Assembly: GCF_023055435.1 (NCBI RefSeq)
Contig: NW_025963846.1
Coordinates: 21,886,001-21,950,000, forward strand
Direction: 5' to 3'
DNA length: 64,000 nt
Source: Haliotis rufescens
Lineage: Eukaryota
Part shown: piece after piece, positions 38,895-53,401 of the stretch
How positions within the stretch are numbered: position 1 is the stretch's first letter
How the letters are laid out: each line of letters begins with the position of its first letter
Notes under the pieces: model-generated
Seen by the model: only the letters and a program-made list of their open reading frames with translations
Told to the model about the DNA's origin: nothing
Databases searched by the model: none
Position numbers and translations under genes: made by a program

Positions 38895-39391
38895 TGCCAT
38901 AGGAATATCACGAATAGGCTAGAAACTTGCCACAGGAATATCACGAATAGGCTAGAAACTTGCCACAGGAATATCACGAATAGGCTTGGAACTTGCCACA
39001 GGAATATCACAAATAGGCTAGAAACTTGCCACAGGAATATCACGAATAGGCTTGGAACTTGCCACAGGAATATCACAAATAGGCTTGAAACTTGCCACAG
39101 GAATATCACGAATAGGCTAGGAACTTGCCACAGGAATATCACGAATAGGCTAGAAACTTGCCACAGGAATATCACAAATAGGGTAGGAACTTGCCACAGG
39201 AATATCACGAATAGGCTAGAAACTTGCCACAGGAATATCACGAATAGGCTAGAAACTTGCCACAGGAATATCACAAATAGTCTAGAAACTTGCCACAGGA
39301 ATATCACAAATAGGCTAGGAACTTGCCACAGGAATATCACAAATAGGCTAGGAACTTGCCACAGGAATATTGCAATAGGCTAGGAACTTGC
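38895..39391. repeat. 33-bp minisatellite, ~15 copies
   Basis: Unit acttgccacaggaatatcacgaataggctagaa. It is the source of the CHRNITNRLET ORF. Confidence 0.97.
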
Positions 39392-42300
39392 TCAACATAA
39401 TATGAAAGAGAATTTCAGTATTATTTCTCAACTATACACAGCAAATATTCAAGAAATTTGTGGCTCTTCGTTCTGTTTGAAGCAGATGTACATTTAACAT
39501 TGGCCATTAGTCAGATCAACTCAATATCAAAATCACAGGCCGATGTTGACTTGTATTGGTCTCGCGGACTAGCATATTTGTTAAACCTTTTTATCGTTTC
39601 ACAAATTCCTTTCAAATACGTGTGTCCTTACATTCACAGATTTCAACGTTTATATATCGAGTTTGAGGCTTTAATGCTTTACCCCCATTTCTGACAGCAC
39701 CCTATCAAAATGGTTACAAAATGGTTACAAAATGGAAACGTTTGCGAACCAGTATCTATCAAAACATTTTGCCAAACAACTGTTATCAGACAAAACTCTC
39801 CATTTCAGCACAAATTAGGCGAGCAATCCACATTTTTTATGTATTTGACTGAGAGGCTGTCAGCGTGGTATAAATAGTGGGAATGCCAGGCAAAGAGCAT
39901 CCTTCAAGGTAGAGAGATAGAAAAACATTTTGGCAAATGTGTATTGAAAAAAATGGCTTAAAATTGTCAACCAAAATCAACGAAAATGTGGGCAACATTT
40001 ACAGCTCAAAAAAATATTCTTGTCTCCTGAGAAAAAAGTAGTGACTTAATTGAGAGGAGAGTGGTTTGAAGTAAAACACATGCACTAGCGCTCTCAAAAC
40101 ATGCGTTTGACAGGTCAGCATTTGTAGGATGTCACTCGCACCAGCTAGGAGGCGCTGCTTGCCTAACACAGCACCACACTTATAGAATGCATGCTGCTTT
40201 TACTGATGTCTTCAAATTGACACAAAACATAAAACATCGGAAAATCTAATTTTTAAGTTTTTGAACAAATTACATAATTAAGACAAATAAGACTAACACA
40301 TATCAATTAGCATTAAGGAAATCTTTAAAAGGCTTTCAAAAACTTTTAATATTTTGGCTATGTAAGTGATAAAAAATGTTATATCTTTGCAACAAAAAAC
40401 TATACATTTGATTTGCAGTAACAGAATGTTCCTCGACTATTTTGCTGAAATATACCAAACAGAAAAACAATATTAAGTCACCGACATCAAAGAAAAGCGA
40501 AATATTGAATTCTTTAAGCTGCAAATAAATAAATGTGTTTTTAAAATCTATAACCTGACTACAAGGCTTCTGACAGAACAGCCATGCCACCTGATTATCA
40601 AGAGAACTTTCTTTTCAGCCTTCAAGCAATTCTGCTTGTTTTTGACTCGAACATCACAAAAACATCCATTATGTTTGCACAAAGACCTTTAGTTCTTGGA
40701 TGGACAAATTAAAAAGAAAAACTCATTTTTTTTCAAAGGATGTGGTATGGTTTATGATATTTTGAATGCCTTAGACCTGTTTATAGATGTATGTTTCTGC
40801 CACTGGTTGCGTGTTCAGGACATTTCAGCATGAAATTTCTTCATAATTAACGTCAGCCGTCAATCCCATGAACGTTACTTTTTCAGATAAACGCAGGATT
40901 AATGAACACACCAATGACATGACATTAAAGGAAATATAAACAAAAGCCTGATAAGCTTCATCTTTGATAAAAAACCTACACAATACAGCCATATTGAAAC
41001 AAGAGATTACAACATGACAACACGGCGCTGCACACTCCATCATGCAATATGTGATACTCACATGCAATAGCTATCCCACGGTGAACCTACAGTCCACAAA
41101 TAACTGTTTAATTAACATGTTAATTACTATTGCTTGTCAATTTCAGTCCATTCCATCTGATGGGATCAGCTGACTTAAGATACCAAGGTGATAGTTACGC
41201 AGAAACGCAGCGGTCACTCATGACAAGCCATCAGTAAACAACAGTTTCTCTTCATCCGCGGAACATATCTACACCACATTCATGATAGGTTGCACAAGCA
41301 GGGAATTACGTGTAATCAGGTATAAACAAACACATCAGTCATGAGACTACTAACAAATTTCCGTGTAAAACGATCCCATATTGCTTGCTTGATGAGAGGA
41401 GGCATGCAATATGGTGTGTTATATCATGCTAGAGAGTAGGTTGTTTACCCTACACATGCTTAAACACATCTAACGTAAGCAATACTGGGTTGAACGAACA
41501 TATCGTAAAAGAACTTGCTGATGATTAAGTCATACAACTGTTAACATAAATAAAAATGTTTATTCACCGAGACTAAATTAACACTGCAAAGGAAGTCATC
41601 ATGGTCATGGTGAGATGTTGATGGTCCTCTAAATTATCATTCATATGTTTTGATGACTATGTCAAGATTTGTTTTGACAGATGTTGTCCCTAAAGAATTC
41701 AATTTTCAGCAATTAAAACACGGATACCTAACATATGCCAAGGAATGCACATGTTTAAAATATCCACCCCCACCCCCGCACAAAATCTTTTGAATTGTGT
41801 TAATTCGAGTTCTGAATTCCTGTTTTCAAACACTGAAACATACTGTTTTAACCTGCGTGCACGCGGTTACTCTAAGCGAAGGTCTTGACTTTCCTAGATG
41901 GCCCATAAAAAGTTCCGCCTCAGATGAAGGTTATGGCAAGTAAGCTGATCAAAAGTATATTTTTCAGTCTGGCTTGACAAGCTTGAAATAAACAAGATGT
42001 AGAGTTAGAGGCGAAGTGTTTATTTCTTGCATTCCTCACAGTTCCTCCACAACTGACAGGAATTAGGAAAAGTTCCCCCGTTCTCACATATGGTACAGAA
42101 TGGCACTTCAGTTCCAGGGGAGAAAATATAGGAGATGATAAAAGGTCTATTTTATTTATTTATTCTATTTAAAACTTGTTTGGACTAAACCAATACAATC
42201 TTGAACTTGCAATAAACTAGTCAGGCATTGTCACAAAATGGCCAGGTTCTGGCAATCAACATGATCAAATTGACATGCAAATTCTGTCCCCTGGCCAATT

Positions 42301-44186
42301 TTATAGAGTTATCTCCTCTTGACGCTGTTGGGAGACTATTAATGTCCAGGAGCTATCAGGCTTGATTTATGCAAATAATAACACAATTTAGAAAATGACA
42401 CTTCTCTGTAAAGTTGAATAAAATCTTCTTTGAGATCAATACCCAACATGAGATCAGTGTGCAAGTGGTGATTCACCTTGTAATCAGAACACATACATTA
42501 CAATACTGATAATAATTTTTAGATAAAAAAAAGAACAATCTAAAGGCAATTTTCCCAATTTCAGCCCAAAAAATGGTGGTTTATGTCCCTTATTGAGTAT
42601 TCTGATCATATCAGCATCTCCTCCGAGGGAGGAATTTAGTTCCATACCTGTTGCCAACTGACCCTGCTGCCGAGCCCATGTGACCCTGTAGGGAGCTCAT
42701 GTCACCTTGTTGCAATTCAGGAGAAGATGGAGTATCCATTAGAACTCAACCCCTTCCATGTGCAGTAAATTTGCATACAATGTGAGCGCAATCCATCCTG
42801 AAAACGTCCCCAAATTGCACCTTAATATTCAATAGGGTTTTACAGGCGGGTCTTAACAAGACCCCTTGACCCAGAACCATTCTATCACAGATATGCTCTC
42901 CTCGCAAATTGATTTCAAAATTGATTCAACTTTCGAAAAATGAAATTGCAGTTTTACCATGAATGTCAGAGAATTCTAAATAAATAACATGTTTGGAAAA
43001 AATAAAGGGCCTTACTAAGACGACTTTGTGTCAGTGAATTTATGTGACAAAGGCCAAATTGGATAGCAAGCTTAGGGCATGCATGCAGGCAATACGAAAT
43101 CCTCACACGTTCCGTTTCCCCTCGCACACGACTAAAATGATTGCTCAGTATCCCCGATTTCATCCATCTGATTAGGCTTATGATAGAATTGGATTTAGTT
43201 TTTGATCGCATTCCTTTGATCACATGATCAACCATGCCCTGGTAAGAAGAATCAGCCCTCATACGACATACACACAAGTCATAATTTCGAATGGGTCAGG
43301 CTGACTGAAGGATGACCCAATAGTATAAACTCTGTTAGTCATCCTGAACAAAGCTCAGCAACATGCAAGTTCATCGTTATGCAACCATTAGATCATTAGA
43401 CAGAACCTACTGTGCCTTGCTCGGATGCCAGATCATAGGGACACAAATAACGCCAGGTCCACAGGGAGTGAGCCCTGTACGCTGATAACAACCTGTCTCA
43501 AATTGAATTTATCCCCTGCCTCCAGCCTGGAGGACACAATAGCGGAGATAAGCGCCATCTGTATCTGAACTTCACGCCAAGCTTTCACATACCATGTATA
43601 CAGTTTACAATATAACGACTGAATTAACTGGGACAGGACAACTGACGAAGCACAATTAACAATAGGTATTTTTTTCCTATCAATAACTCAGTCCGTCTGT
43701 TGTGTAGATAATCTATTTCAGTTATCAATAAAACTGTATCAGATGTCTTTATGTTCAGTAAAATATTAAAAAAATGAACCCATTATGTATAGCACCATCT
43801 GTGGTTCAGTACATGACATCATGGTGTGTAGGAGCACTGGAAGTTGGGCAAATGTATTTGCTGCTTGCAGAATATTAATTTGAATAAAGAATGATAACAT
43901 TACAAATGATATTTCAATGGCATTTTTGCCGTCTAATTTTTCAAATGTTTTAAAATCATGATTTAGTCACAAATACTTTATGAAACATTTCATCAAACAA
44001 ATTGAATTTTCTTTATCTAAAGATGTTCCATTCAAATATTCATTCCCACTTGGTGATCATGCTGCAATCATTTCATTAAAAAACACTTTTTGGAACTCCA
44101 TGTCAGAAAATGAAGTGCTCCAAGACTGGATTAAACACTTCTTACAGAGATATTTCTTTGTACCTTGTTCTCTGAATAAAATAACA

Positions 44187-44436
44187 TCTGAAGATCCGGG
44201 GTAGAATAGGTCTTTAGCAACCCATGCTTAGAGGCGACTAACAGGATTGGGTGGTCAGGTTCGCTGACTTGGTTGATGCATGTCATCATATCCCAATTGT
44301 TTTGATCAATGCTCATGATGTCAATCACTGGATTGCCTGGTCCAAAATCAATTATTTACAGACTGCTGTCATATAGCCCCGCTATTGCTCAGAGCGGCGT
44401 TGAACAACGAACAAGCAAGCAAGCAAACAAACAAAC
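44187..44436 (+). mobile_element. Family B retroposon, near full length
   Basis: tgaagatccggggtagaataggtctttagcaacccatgc head, body and (CAAG/CAAA)n tail. Confidence 0.9.
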
Positions 44437-47400
44437 CTTATCAAAAGGTTTCCAGTGGCGAGTGACTAGACACGACACGCTTGCCCAATTATTATTCAAA
44501 AAGTTAATAGTTACTTTCATTTTGCATGATTTTTGTAGTTGTTCTGTTATTAATTTTCTTTATTATCCAAAGTGGTCAGGCATTTAAAAATATAACTACT
44601 CCATGTTTATAGACACAGCAAACACTGAATTTAATCAACTTTATGAAAAATATTTCATGTGAATGTTTCATATTACTTAATACCCAATACATATCAAAGT
44701 CATAATGGAAGAATCAAAAGACACTCTCCACTCAGAGGCTTAGACATAGCAACAGGAAATACCTGCCCCCAGCTGTGGGCTTAAATCAACTTTATCCCAC
44801 ATCACAGAAGTTATCAATGTATGTTGATGACACAACCTGATAGAGCAATCAAATATAATTCCTATATCCACTACGGATGCTACTGATAAGATAGCAACTA
44901 ACAACTCATAGTCATACCACTATCTGCTGGACATACACACACATCTCTATATTGACATGCGATACGACATCATACATCACATGCTCTACCCACATGGCCA
45001 CATAAACATGGCTGGCTTTTTATGGACAGCAGCAAAGACCATTTTGGGGGCTGCATAATAGACGATAAATAATTCAAAGGATAACAATGTCTGACATTCA
45101 AGGAATAAAATCAATATCTTACCTAGTGAAATGTGCTATAAATCTGTCCTTAATATACACTATTGTAGCAGGACATCAAACAATCAATACAATTACTTAA
45201 CTTAAGTAAACATTTGTTGTGGAACAATGACCTTATTGATAAGATGTTTTATCTACCTCCAGAAGTATAAGTTTTCTATACATGCAATGTACTTACATTG
45301 TGCCAAGGCTGCCTTCAGCCTCACCATCTTTATATTCGTACTGGGCCAGTTGAAGTCTTGCATATTGGAAGAGGCTTATGATATGCCAGCTCTAAGATCA
45401 CCTTATATCACTCAATTACAACCACAGACAAACTCACGGCTCATGAAAGAAACGACAGTCTGGCATAGATTGGTGTAAGTGACTACATTTACACTGATCC
45501 AAATCTGTAAATGATTACTTTAGACGTGATTGGTCACACCGACCATACAGATGCTATTCGGAACCCTTGCAGTTTGAGGAGACAATAATTTGGGATTTTG
45601 TTTATAGGTTCAGAGCTTGCTTCACATAAAACATTTTGGAAATGTTTCATAATTTCACTTTGTGAAAATTTGGTTTAATATTTCAACAGGTTGGTAATGT
45701 TGATACGCACAGACCATGTTTACAATTGCTTTTGCCTCCTGTGTTTGAAATGTCACGTTTAAATTACACAATCACATTCTGACATTAATTATCAATATTT
45801 TCTTCCAAGGAAAATCGATTGATGGACCGATATAATCCAAGAATATGACCTTAGTTTTTTATCAATAACACATTTTCGATCTGGAGACGATACTAAGCCT
45901 ATATGCTAAAAGAACTACACAAGATCAAAGACACTAAACTGTTGGATAAATAATTTGAGTAAAGTGGACAAAGACTATCCCTTCGCTGGTTGTTAAATCA
46001 AACAAATCTCCCATTTCACTGTCAGTAGTAGTTATTAATAACGCTATTGTCGTCTAATCTTCCTTGGATCTTACTGTCTTGATCTTCAAGGTTCATGGTT
46101 AGTGTATGAGAAATTGACAGATGGTTTTATTTTCACTGACAAGTACCAAATGGTCTGCAACAAAACCCAACTGCCATTTTCATCAGCATTGTCATCAATA
46201 ATGACAATAACGATTAAGAGCATGTAACAAACAACATAAGCTCGCTCAAGAATTAAATCAAAAGTTGATATTCTATTGTTGAAGCTCAATGACATATGAA
46301 CAGAGGCTGGTTGATCATTTGAATCATGCAATAGAGCGCATGGCATGATGCAAACTTTCAAGTGCGATTGACATGTAAAGACGCCATCCTTGTCGTGTTT
46401 ATCATTGCAACTGACTCATATAGGAATCCCTAGTAACACAAGTATCACGGAAAGTTGTTTGAATAATCGCCTAAGCCCAGTCACTTTCATGTGAATCCCG
46501 ACATGAAGCTAATGATCACAGCATCTTGTGAAATGTACAAGTTGGTATTTCCTGGATTAGTGCTTCATATCCTTGATGCAACCAGGCCCTCTACAGTAGC
46601 ACACTGTAATACACACTGATTTACTGTTACCTTCCTGTCAGCCATGTCATTGTTATTAAGATGAACTATAGAATAATGCAAGACAAATACATACAATGTG
46701 TTACAGTCTGCAAACTGTTACAACAGAGTGTTTTGTTATATGTAACAGATTTGGATCAGATTCAATAATTCTGAAACTGAGGATAGAAATGTACAAAAGC
46801 TGTTCGGTGTGGCCATTCCTGTTATGCTGCCAGTCTTATCACCACCCTAGCCAAACAAGTTACAGGTTTCTCATATCTTCAAGTTGCGACTAATATTACT
46901 AAAATCTGAAATCGACAATTGTTATTATTTTTTCTTTAAATAAAACCTAGCCACTGAAATTGACTAGAAAAGAAATTAACCCACTAACCGTCCTTCAGAG
47001 GAAACTAAATTGAGGTATCGACAGATTTAGGCTGTGTAAAATTGAAAACCAGTTTATTTTCCCTCTTTTTCTGATGATCTTCAAATTTCCTGTAACCTCA
47101 AATTTCACACAGAAATACCCCCTGATTAGGTGCTGAAGATGGAAATCGCCGCTCTCAAACAACACAAGTGATGGCTGGTGCTACACATGCCTTCCACAAT
47201 AACAAAGCAACCACGCTGTTCTCACTACAGAACTTTCTCGTTTATTTCAAGACCATTCCAAACTCCTACACAGAGCCAGCTTAAACTTCCTGTGCGATTG
47301 TACGATCTGCGATCTGTTACTATTGACAAAACTCTGTCATCAGTGTTAACTCAAATGCTGCAGCAGAAAGTCTAATAACGACCTGACCATCAAGTCTTAT

Positions 47401-48617
47401 CTTCGAGATTACCAAAATACAATGCCTGGCTTCCACGCTGAAATTTCCATTTAAAAAGAGCTGATAGAATTATGTACCACCACACAACAACCTAAACAGC
47501 CAATAAAATTGTAATTACATTATACCCATGGCCAAAACTGTATTCAGCTATTACGCTTCTGTTAATATGGAAATGGCACTGGCTAATGCTTTGTTAGGGG
47601 AATGCAAAGCTGAATTATACGTTAATTACTAAAGACCATTTTTATCATATTTTTTCCGGTCCATGACAAAATGAAAATATTATCCAAGTCCCAATTTGTG
47701 CCAACAACTAATGTATATTGATTATTTCAGAAACAGAAAAAATACAAGACACATCTCTGATGTATTTCTCACGCAAATGATTAATCTAAGCCATGCTGGT
47801 GCCAATAAGAAAAATTGTGAAGCATCTCCTGGTGAAGACTTTTCTGTAGAGAGAAAGAATGACGTGGTGGTCTTTCCTCCCAGTACTCTATGGTTGACAA
47901 ACGATAACAAGCTGTCCCTTTTGAACAGTTGGTTTTCAGCTTCCCAAGAGCCAATATTTCTTGTTTCATTGAAAGACTTTTTCCCAAAACACCATGAAAT
48001 GGTCAGGATAAGACACTGACTATACATGGCTATGACATTTTCTACACAGCAGTCATCAGTAAGAAAATAGGGGTAAATTGCAAACTCATCAGTTTCAAGA
48101 TTAGATAAATTAATGGACCAAATACACAAATATTTTGGTTTAATTTTGGAGGTTGGTTTGGTTGATGTATCAACTCACCACACATTGAGCTGTGTGTTAC
48201 TTGCAATAGCGGCGATGTATTTGCTTCCACCATTAATCCGTGATTAATTGTATGTAATGGTGAAGTGTGGGGCGGACAAAATCGATGACTATTGACTCAA
48301 TCATGTATGAACTCCAGTACGATATTACCATTGATCAGGTGTGACAATGTATACACTACTCATGTCAATAAATCGACCAAGTATTTCAGAAGATGCACCG
48401 GCTAGTACTATTGTTATGTCACATCTCCTGTCTTATATAGAAGATTATAATTGCTACTGAGTACCTTGATTAAATATGTCTTGGACGTTCTGCATAGCAA
48501 ATGTCTCATCACATAATCTAAATGTTTTATGGATTAACATTCCATGTTCCATAATTTAAATATATCGAACCCATCATATAAAACGTTTTATCCAATACTT
48601 CCAATGCTTTTATTATT

Positions 48618-48688
48618 TAACATACAATCTTCCCATCGTAGCTTAACATACAATATTCCCATCATAGCTTAACATACAATATTCCCCA
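48618..48688. repeat. 26-bp tandem repeat, ~2.7 copies
   Basis: Unit ttaacatacaat(c/a)ttcccatc(g/a)tagc. Confidence 0.8.
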
Positions 48689-49599
48689 AATGTGTCATCA
48701 AATAGTCTAAGTATGTTCTTGTAGCTTAAAATATAATATGCCACCATAGCATGCGTGCCATCAAACATAATTACGCAGCCATGATTTAAGTTTACACACA
48801 GCATGTACAAGGTGATGGTCATACAAGTCACAGCAAATAATATAAATATGTTCCACAGTTTAACATTCAATATTCCCATAAGCCATCACACAAAGCATGT
48901 ACAGAATGACAGTGTATTGTAACAGGATATAATGCAATATATTCAATGCCGCCAGTTCAGATGACCCAAATTGTACAGTCTGTTCAACATAGTTTCTCAA
49001 TGTTCCCTTTCTGCCTGAGTGGCTGCACCATCACTTGATACAGTTAAACAACAACCACAAATGTAACCAGAAACTGACTCTCCCACCACAGATTTTGCCT
49101 GATCGTCACAGGTAGCGCACATTAGCAACCATGTGTGAGCAGGTATTCCATTCAGGTGTAGGTGACCCATCCCTCCTTGTCCGGGGAATGTGGTAGAGAC
49201 TTGCTGTGCGGATGCCAGTAAAAGCATTGAAGTCAGCGTTAATCGACTTAAAATTATGTCTTAAATGCTCAGAAACCGAGGCTGGTTGAATCATATCTGA
49301 TGCAATTACAGCACATGGTTTTATAATAGCCTTGAGATGGATTAGGTGTAAAGTCTCAATAGGACTGTTCCCAGTCATATCTTGCCCCGAGCTGTACCTA
49401 ATCTCTGGAGCTATCTGGGTCACAGTGAAACACACATGTTCTGGCATAGTTGAGACGAGGCATGTTGAGCCACAGCTTGTTTTTACTCACATTTTCTGAT
49501 TTGTAAAATCTTAACTTTTGTTCATCAAGAACAAATTCTACAAAATTACTTTTGAACATTTCAACTGACACACCCCAAAACATTCCTTATCCAAATATA

Positions 49600-50180
49600 A
49601 ACTCACCCACCAGAAGTTGAAATATCTTCAAATAGGTCCTGTCTTAAAATTCTAGAACCTCAAATAAACTGTCGGAGATGTGAGAATGATTAGAAGCTGT
49701 CGGTGGAGGCCGGTTCACTTGTTGATAATGCTCCGAGTGACCACAACTGTCTAAACACGCTGCTCGAAAAGTATGAGGCTTCTCGCCTAGACAGTCCACA
49801 GTTAACACTCCATGCTACGCTCAAGAGAGCTTCTCTATACACTCTTCACGATTTCTTTGTCTAGCTAGCGATCGCTACCTCACAATGTCGCCATATACAC
49901 ATTGATGCTTCGCAAAGACATAACATCACTACATGCACAAGTAAATCTGCAATAATCAAACCGATCGCGACTTACCGACAATATAAAGTTTCCAACTATC
50001 TGTATGGGTACAGTACGTCCTCACTCGCAATCGCATATAACCTGCGCATGCGCGAAAGTGTCCCGGAAACATGCTGCCAGACGCGGGCTGTTTGTCTTCT
50101 TTGTTTGACGTTTAGAAAGCTCAAGGTATGTTGACCGGCGAACGCTTACGATTGGAAATCTGCAATATCTTGCCGCATCG
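49600..50180. promoter_or_regulatory. Probable bidirectional Pol II promoter with divergent first exons
   Basis: Locally CpG-rich. NRF1 palindrome TGCGCATGCGC at 50043-50053 and ETS core CCGGAA at 50063-50068. Plus-strand donor AAG|GTATGT at 50125/50126. Minus-strand donors TCG|GTAAGT (49976/49975) and GGG|GTGAGT (49607/49606). Confidence 0.6.
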
Positions 50181-50578
50181 CTTTCATAATTTATACAAAT
50201 GCCATATTTTCATTTATGAAAGGGAGTTTCTGGTTTGGTATGAAGATGAAGCAATACTTTTCACCGGTGGAACTGTCATCTTGACTTGTTTCAAAATGGT
50301 GGTTGCATTGTTAGTCTAGTTTGTTCCATACTCCATCAACCGTGATCTATTGTTGGCATTGATGGACAGAGAATGGAACATTAATTAATAATTAACAGTG
50401 AAGAGATTTATGCGTTTTTCACCTTAAGCCAGATCGATAGGAATGGCAGGGAATTTTCTGTGTTGATTGCCAGATATCCCACTTTGTTGACACTGTCATT
50501 GATAGCGATATTGACAGTGACTAAACAAACATGGTTCATTTTCTGTTTTCAACCATAGCAACATACACACATTTTACA

Positions 50579-50749
50579 CACATTCCATTTGAAAGAACTT
50601 TGAAATAATATTCCCGAATTATAACTGAGAAACTTAGGAAACATGTTGACCAAATAAAACTTCACAGTTATAATTTGGGAATATTATTTCAAAGTTCTTT
50701 CAAATTGAATGTGAGAAACTTAGGAAACATGTTGACCAAATAAAACTTC
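50579..50749. repeat. Inverted plus direct duplication, A-B-A'-B
   Basis: The 49-bp arm at 50579-50627 is inverted at 50665-50713 (2 mismatches). The 38-bp segment at 50626-50663 is repeated exactly at 50712-50749. Confidence 0.93.
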
Positions 50750-50759
50750 TCTGTTCTAT

Positions 50760-50816
50760 ATGTCGCTACATGGCTGAAATAATGCCGATGCGACGTTAAA
50801 TTGTAATTCACTAACT
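50760..50816 (+). mobile_element. Isolated retroposon 3' tail (variant F)
   Basis: gtcgctacatggctgaaataatgccgatgcgacgttaaa...tcactaact has the same stem-loop architecture as the family A, B, C and E tails. Confidence 0.6.
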
Positions 50817-51558
50817 TTTCTAACTCACAGTGTAGTATACTTTGTTTTCAACTGTTATCAATGAATACCTTTCTTCAATATTGTCTGATTGAAAGATTAT
50901 TTCTTAAGAGAATAACAACAGTTTTCAATATTAAGGAATGGCTAAACATACATGACCATGAAGTTATTTTCAATATACACCAATATCCCCGTACACATTG
51001 CTTGCTTATCAGCTGGTTGTTAGAATTTGTATAACTGTGTATCTACTGGTCTTTAATCAAGGGACAATAAATATGATGATTGGGCCAGACAATAGGTCCA
51101 GTGACAGATAATTGGGCAGTGTATTTACCACAGGCTTCATTGAGTCAACACACACCTCCAATGACCCTGGGAATTCCCATGACATAATCAAGGCAACAAT
51201 ACCTGTTCTGTTTGTTGGCTACACTTCATTAACCTGAGCTAATTGCTAATTGGGAGGAGAGAATTGTAAGTTTTAAGAGCTCTCCAAACACCTGGGCATC
51301 ACTCTTTTTAATGACTTTGTGTTTTTTCCAAATGGATTCGACAGTATGTATTGCTTGGAATTGTAAAGAAATCTTTTCGGTTGAAACCATGGGAAGACAT
51401 CCGCCGGTATCCCCCTTTAAAGGTTGTATATGGATGCATTGTTCCCTAATCCTTTTAGTTATTTCTATTTTTTAGGGGGATATGGGCGGAAGTATTACCG
51501 AAACCACCTTGTTGAAAAATGTCGTTATTTGTACTGAAAGTTTTATCTATGCATACCC

Positions 51559-52015
51559 CAGAGCTCCAGATAAGCTTTTGGTGTTGTGGGTATTTTACCC
51601 ATGCATTTTAAAATCATTGGGTATCAGTAATTCTATCTGCGTATTCAAATTTCTGTTACCCACTAGTTTTTACACATGTGGGTATTTAAGTTAAATATTT
51701 AAAAACACTATTCATCTAGTCCCTGCAAACTGGTGTCGTGTGGGTTTGAGAGCTTTATAGGACTCAAAAATACCACGATACTTCCACACGAAAGTGTGAT
51801 GGCAAATGATCATGATGTGACTGTCATCGTGGAGTTTGGCAAGGTTGACGCAATGCCCGTTTATAATTTCAAAATAAGTTGCTGATTTGCTAATCGAATA
51901 CGCAGGGTTACTTCACAATATTTTGATGATACGCACAAATTTTATTTTTGTAGCGTATCTGTAATGTTTGTTGCGTATTTGATACGCTTGGATTATATTT
52001 TACTGCATATTTCTG
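51559..52015 (+). mobile_element. hAT-like MITE, right end missing
   Basis: Starts with the TIR cagagctccagataag and is near-identical over ~455 bp to 60523-60985. Confidence 0.85.
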
Positions 52016-52628
52016 ACCATCAGCTGGGGACGTGATCGTGTTAGTTTTGTGAACCATATATTTCATATGAACTCAACATTTCTTTTTTCATGTATCTTTC
52101 ATAAAGGTTGTCTAATGGTAAATTGGCTATTTTTAATTTCAATATCAATATTTTTTTCATGTCTTTGGAAGCATATTCTTTTGTGCGTGTAATGTTTGCT
52201 TGAAAGCATTCACGATATCTTCTGGAAAATTGATGTTTATCATGCATAAATCATTTCTGTATTCTGATAAATAGATTTTACAATAATTCTTACTAAAGTG
52301 TCTTTTTGTTCTTCAAACCTTTTTGTGCTTAGAAGTTTTTGTGCCTTCAGAAGGTATCAATAAATATTTCTTGAAACTTGTTCAAAGTATGAAACACAAT
52401 CATCTTTCATACATGGTGTGTATAGTAAAGTTCAAATAAAGTTTCTATTTCAGAATTAAAGTTCCAAAGCACATCTAAATTGAACCATACAAGATCTCTT
52501 TTAGAACAAGTATTCAGTTCAGTTCTTCATGTTTGCTGTTTAATTTTTTATTTTTTAGTGTCTGGTTACAGGAAACAATGTTTTCATGTGGGTACTGAGA
52601 TATTCCGGGAGAACGTTAAAATCATAAA

Positions 52629-52757
52629 GGGGTGGTGGGGTAGCCTTGTGGTTAAAGCGTTGGCTCGTCACATCGAAGACCCGGGTTCGATTCCCCACAT
52701 CGGTACAATGTGTGAAGCCACCCATTTTCCGATGTCCCCCGGCGTGATATTGCTGGA
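52629..52757 (+). mobile_element. Family A SINE lacking its 3' tail
   Basis: ggggtagccttgtggttaaagcg...gggttcgattcccc...gtgatattgctgga. Confidence 0.88.
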
Positions 52758-53180
52758 TTATCAAGGGCACACTTGAACAAAGAGGCTGTAGCGTTATGAC
52801 TTATCTAAGTCTGTGTTAAATAATAGGAGTTATTCGTGGTGCAGTACAAAAACTTCAAGTGTCAGATCAAAGCTGTATGATGTATTTCAAACTTACAAAT
52901 GAAACCAGTTTGATGGTGGTAGTTTCAATGACTATGACATCATCTAATTAATATAAGAGAAGGAAAGTGCTTTATAGGGCCTTGATCCGCCTATGCTCAG
53001 TTTTTTTAAAAATTTTTTTACAAATGAAGCACAGAGCCAGCATTGTGATAAATATTGGAAATTAAGTATTAAGATGGTTATGGCACAGTTTAAGTTAATA
53101 ATTCATCGAACATGAGAAATGAACATATGAATGGGCACTGGGTACATATATTGAAACTGGGTATTATCGATCCCAGTGAC

Positions 53181-53401
53181 ACCTGTGAAGATCCAGGGTA
53201 AAATAGGTCTTCAGCAACCCAAGCTTGCTGTAAAAGGCGACTTTGCTTGTGGTAAGAGGTGACTAACGGGACTGGGTGGTCAGGCTCGCTGACTTGGTTG
53301 ATGCATGTCATTGTATCCTAGTTACATAGATCGATGCTCATTATGTCAATCACTGGATTGTCTGGTCCAGACTCAATTATTTACAGACCGCCGTCATAGC
53401 T
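53181..53401 (+). mobile_element. Family B retroposon, 3' end lost
   Basis: cctgtgaagatccagggtaaaataggtcttcagcaaccc head with a duplicated hairpin module. The body runs to ccgccgtcatagc. Confidence 0.9.

Noticed and set aside
38826-39383. Cys/His-containing repeat ORF (CHRNITNRLET)n
   Set aside because: It is the 33-bp minisatellite, and the spacing does not fit a zinc finger.
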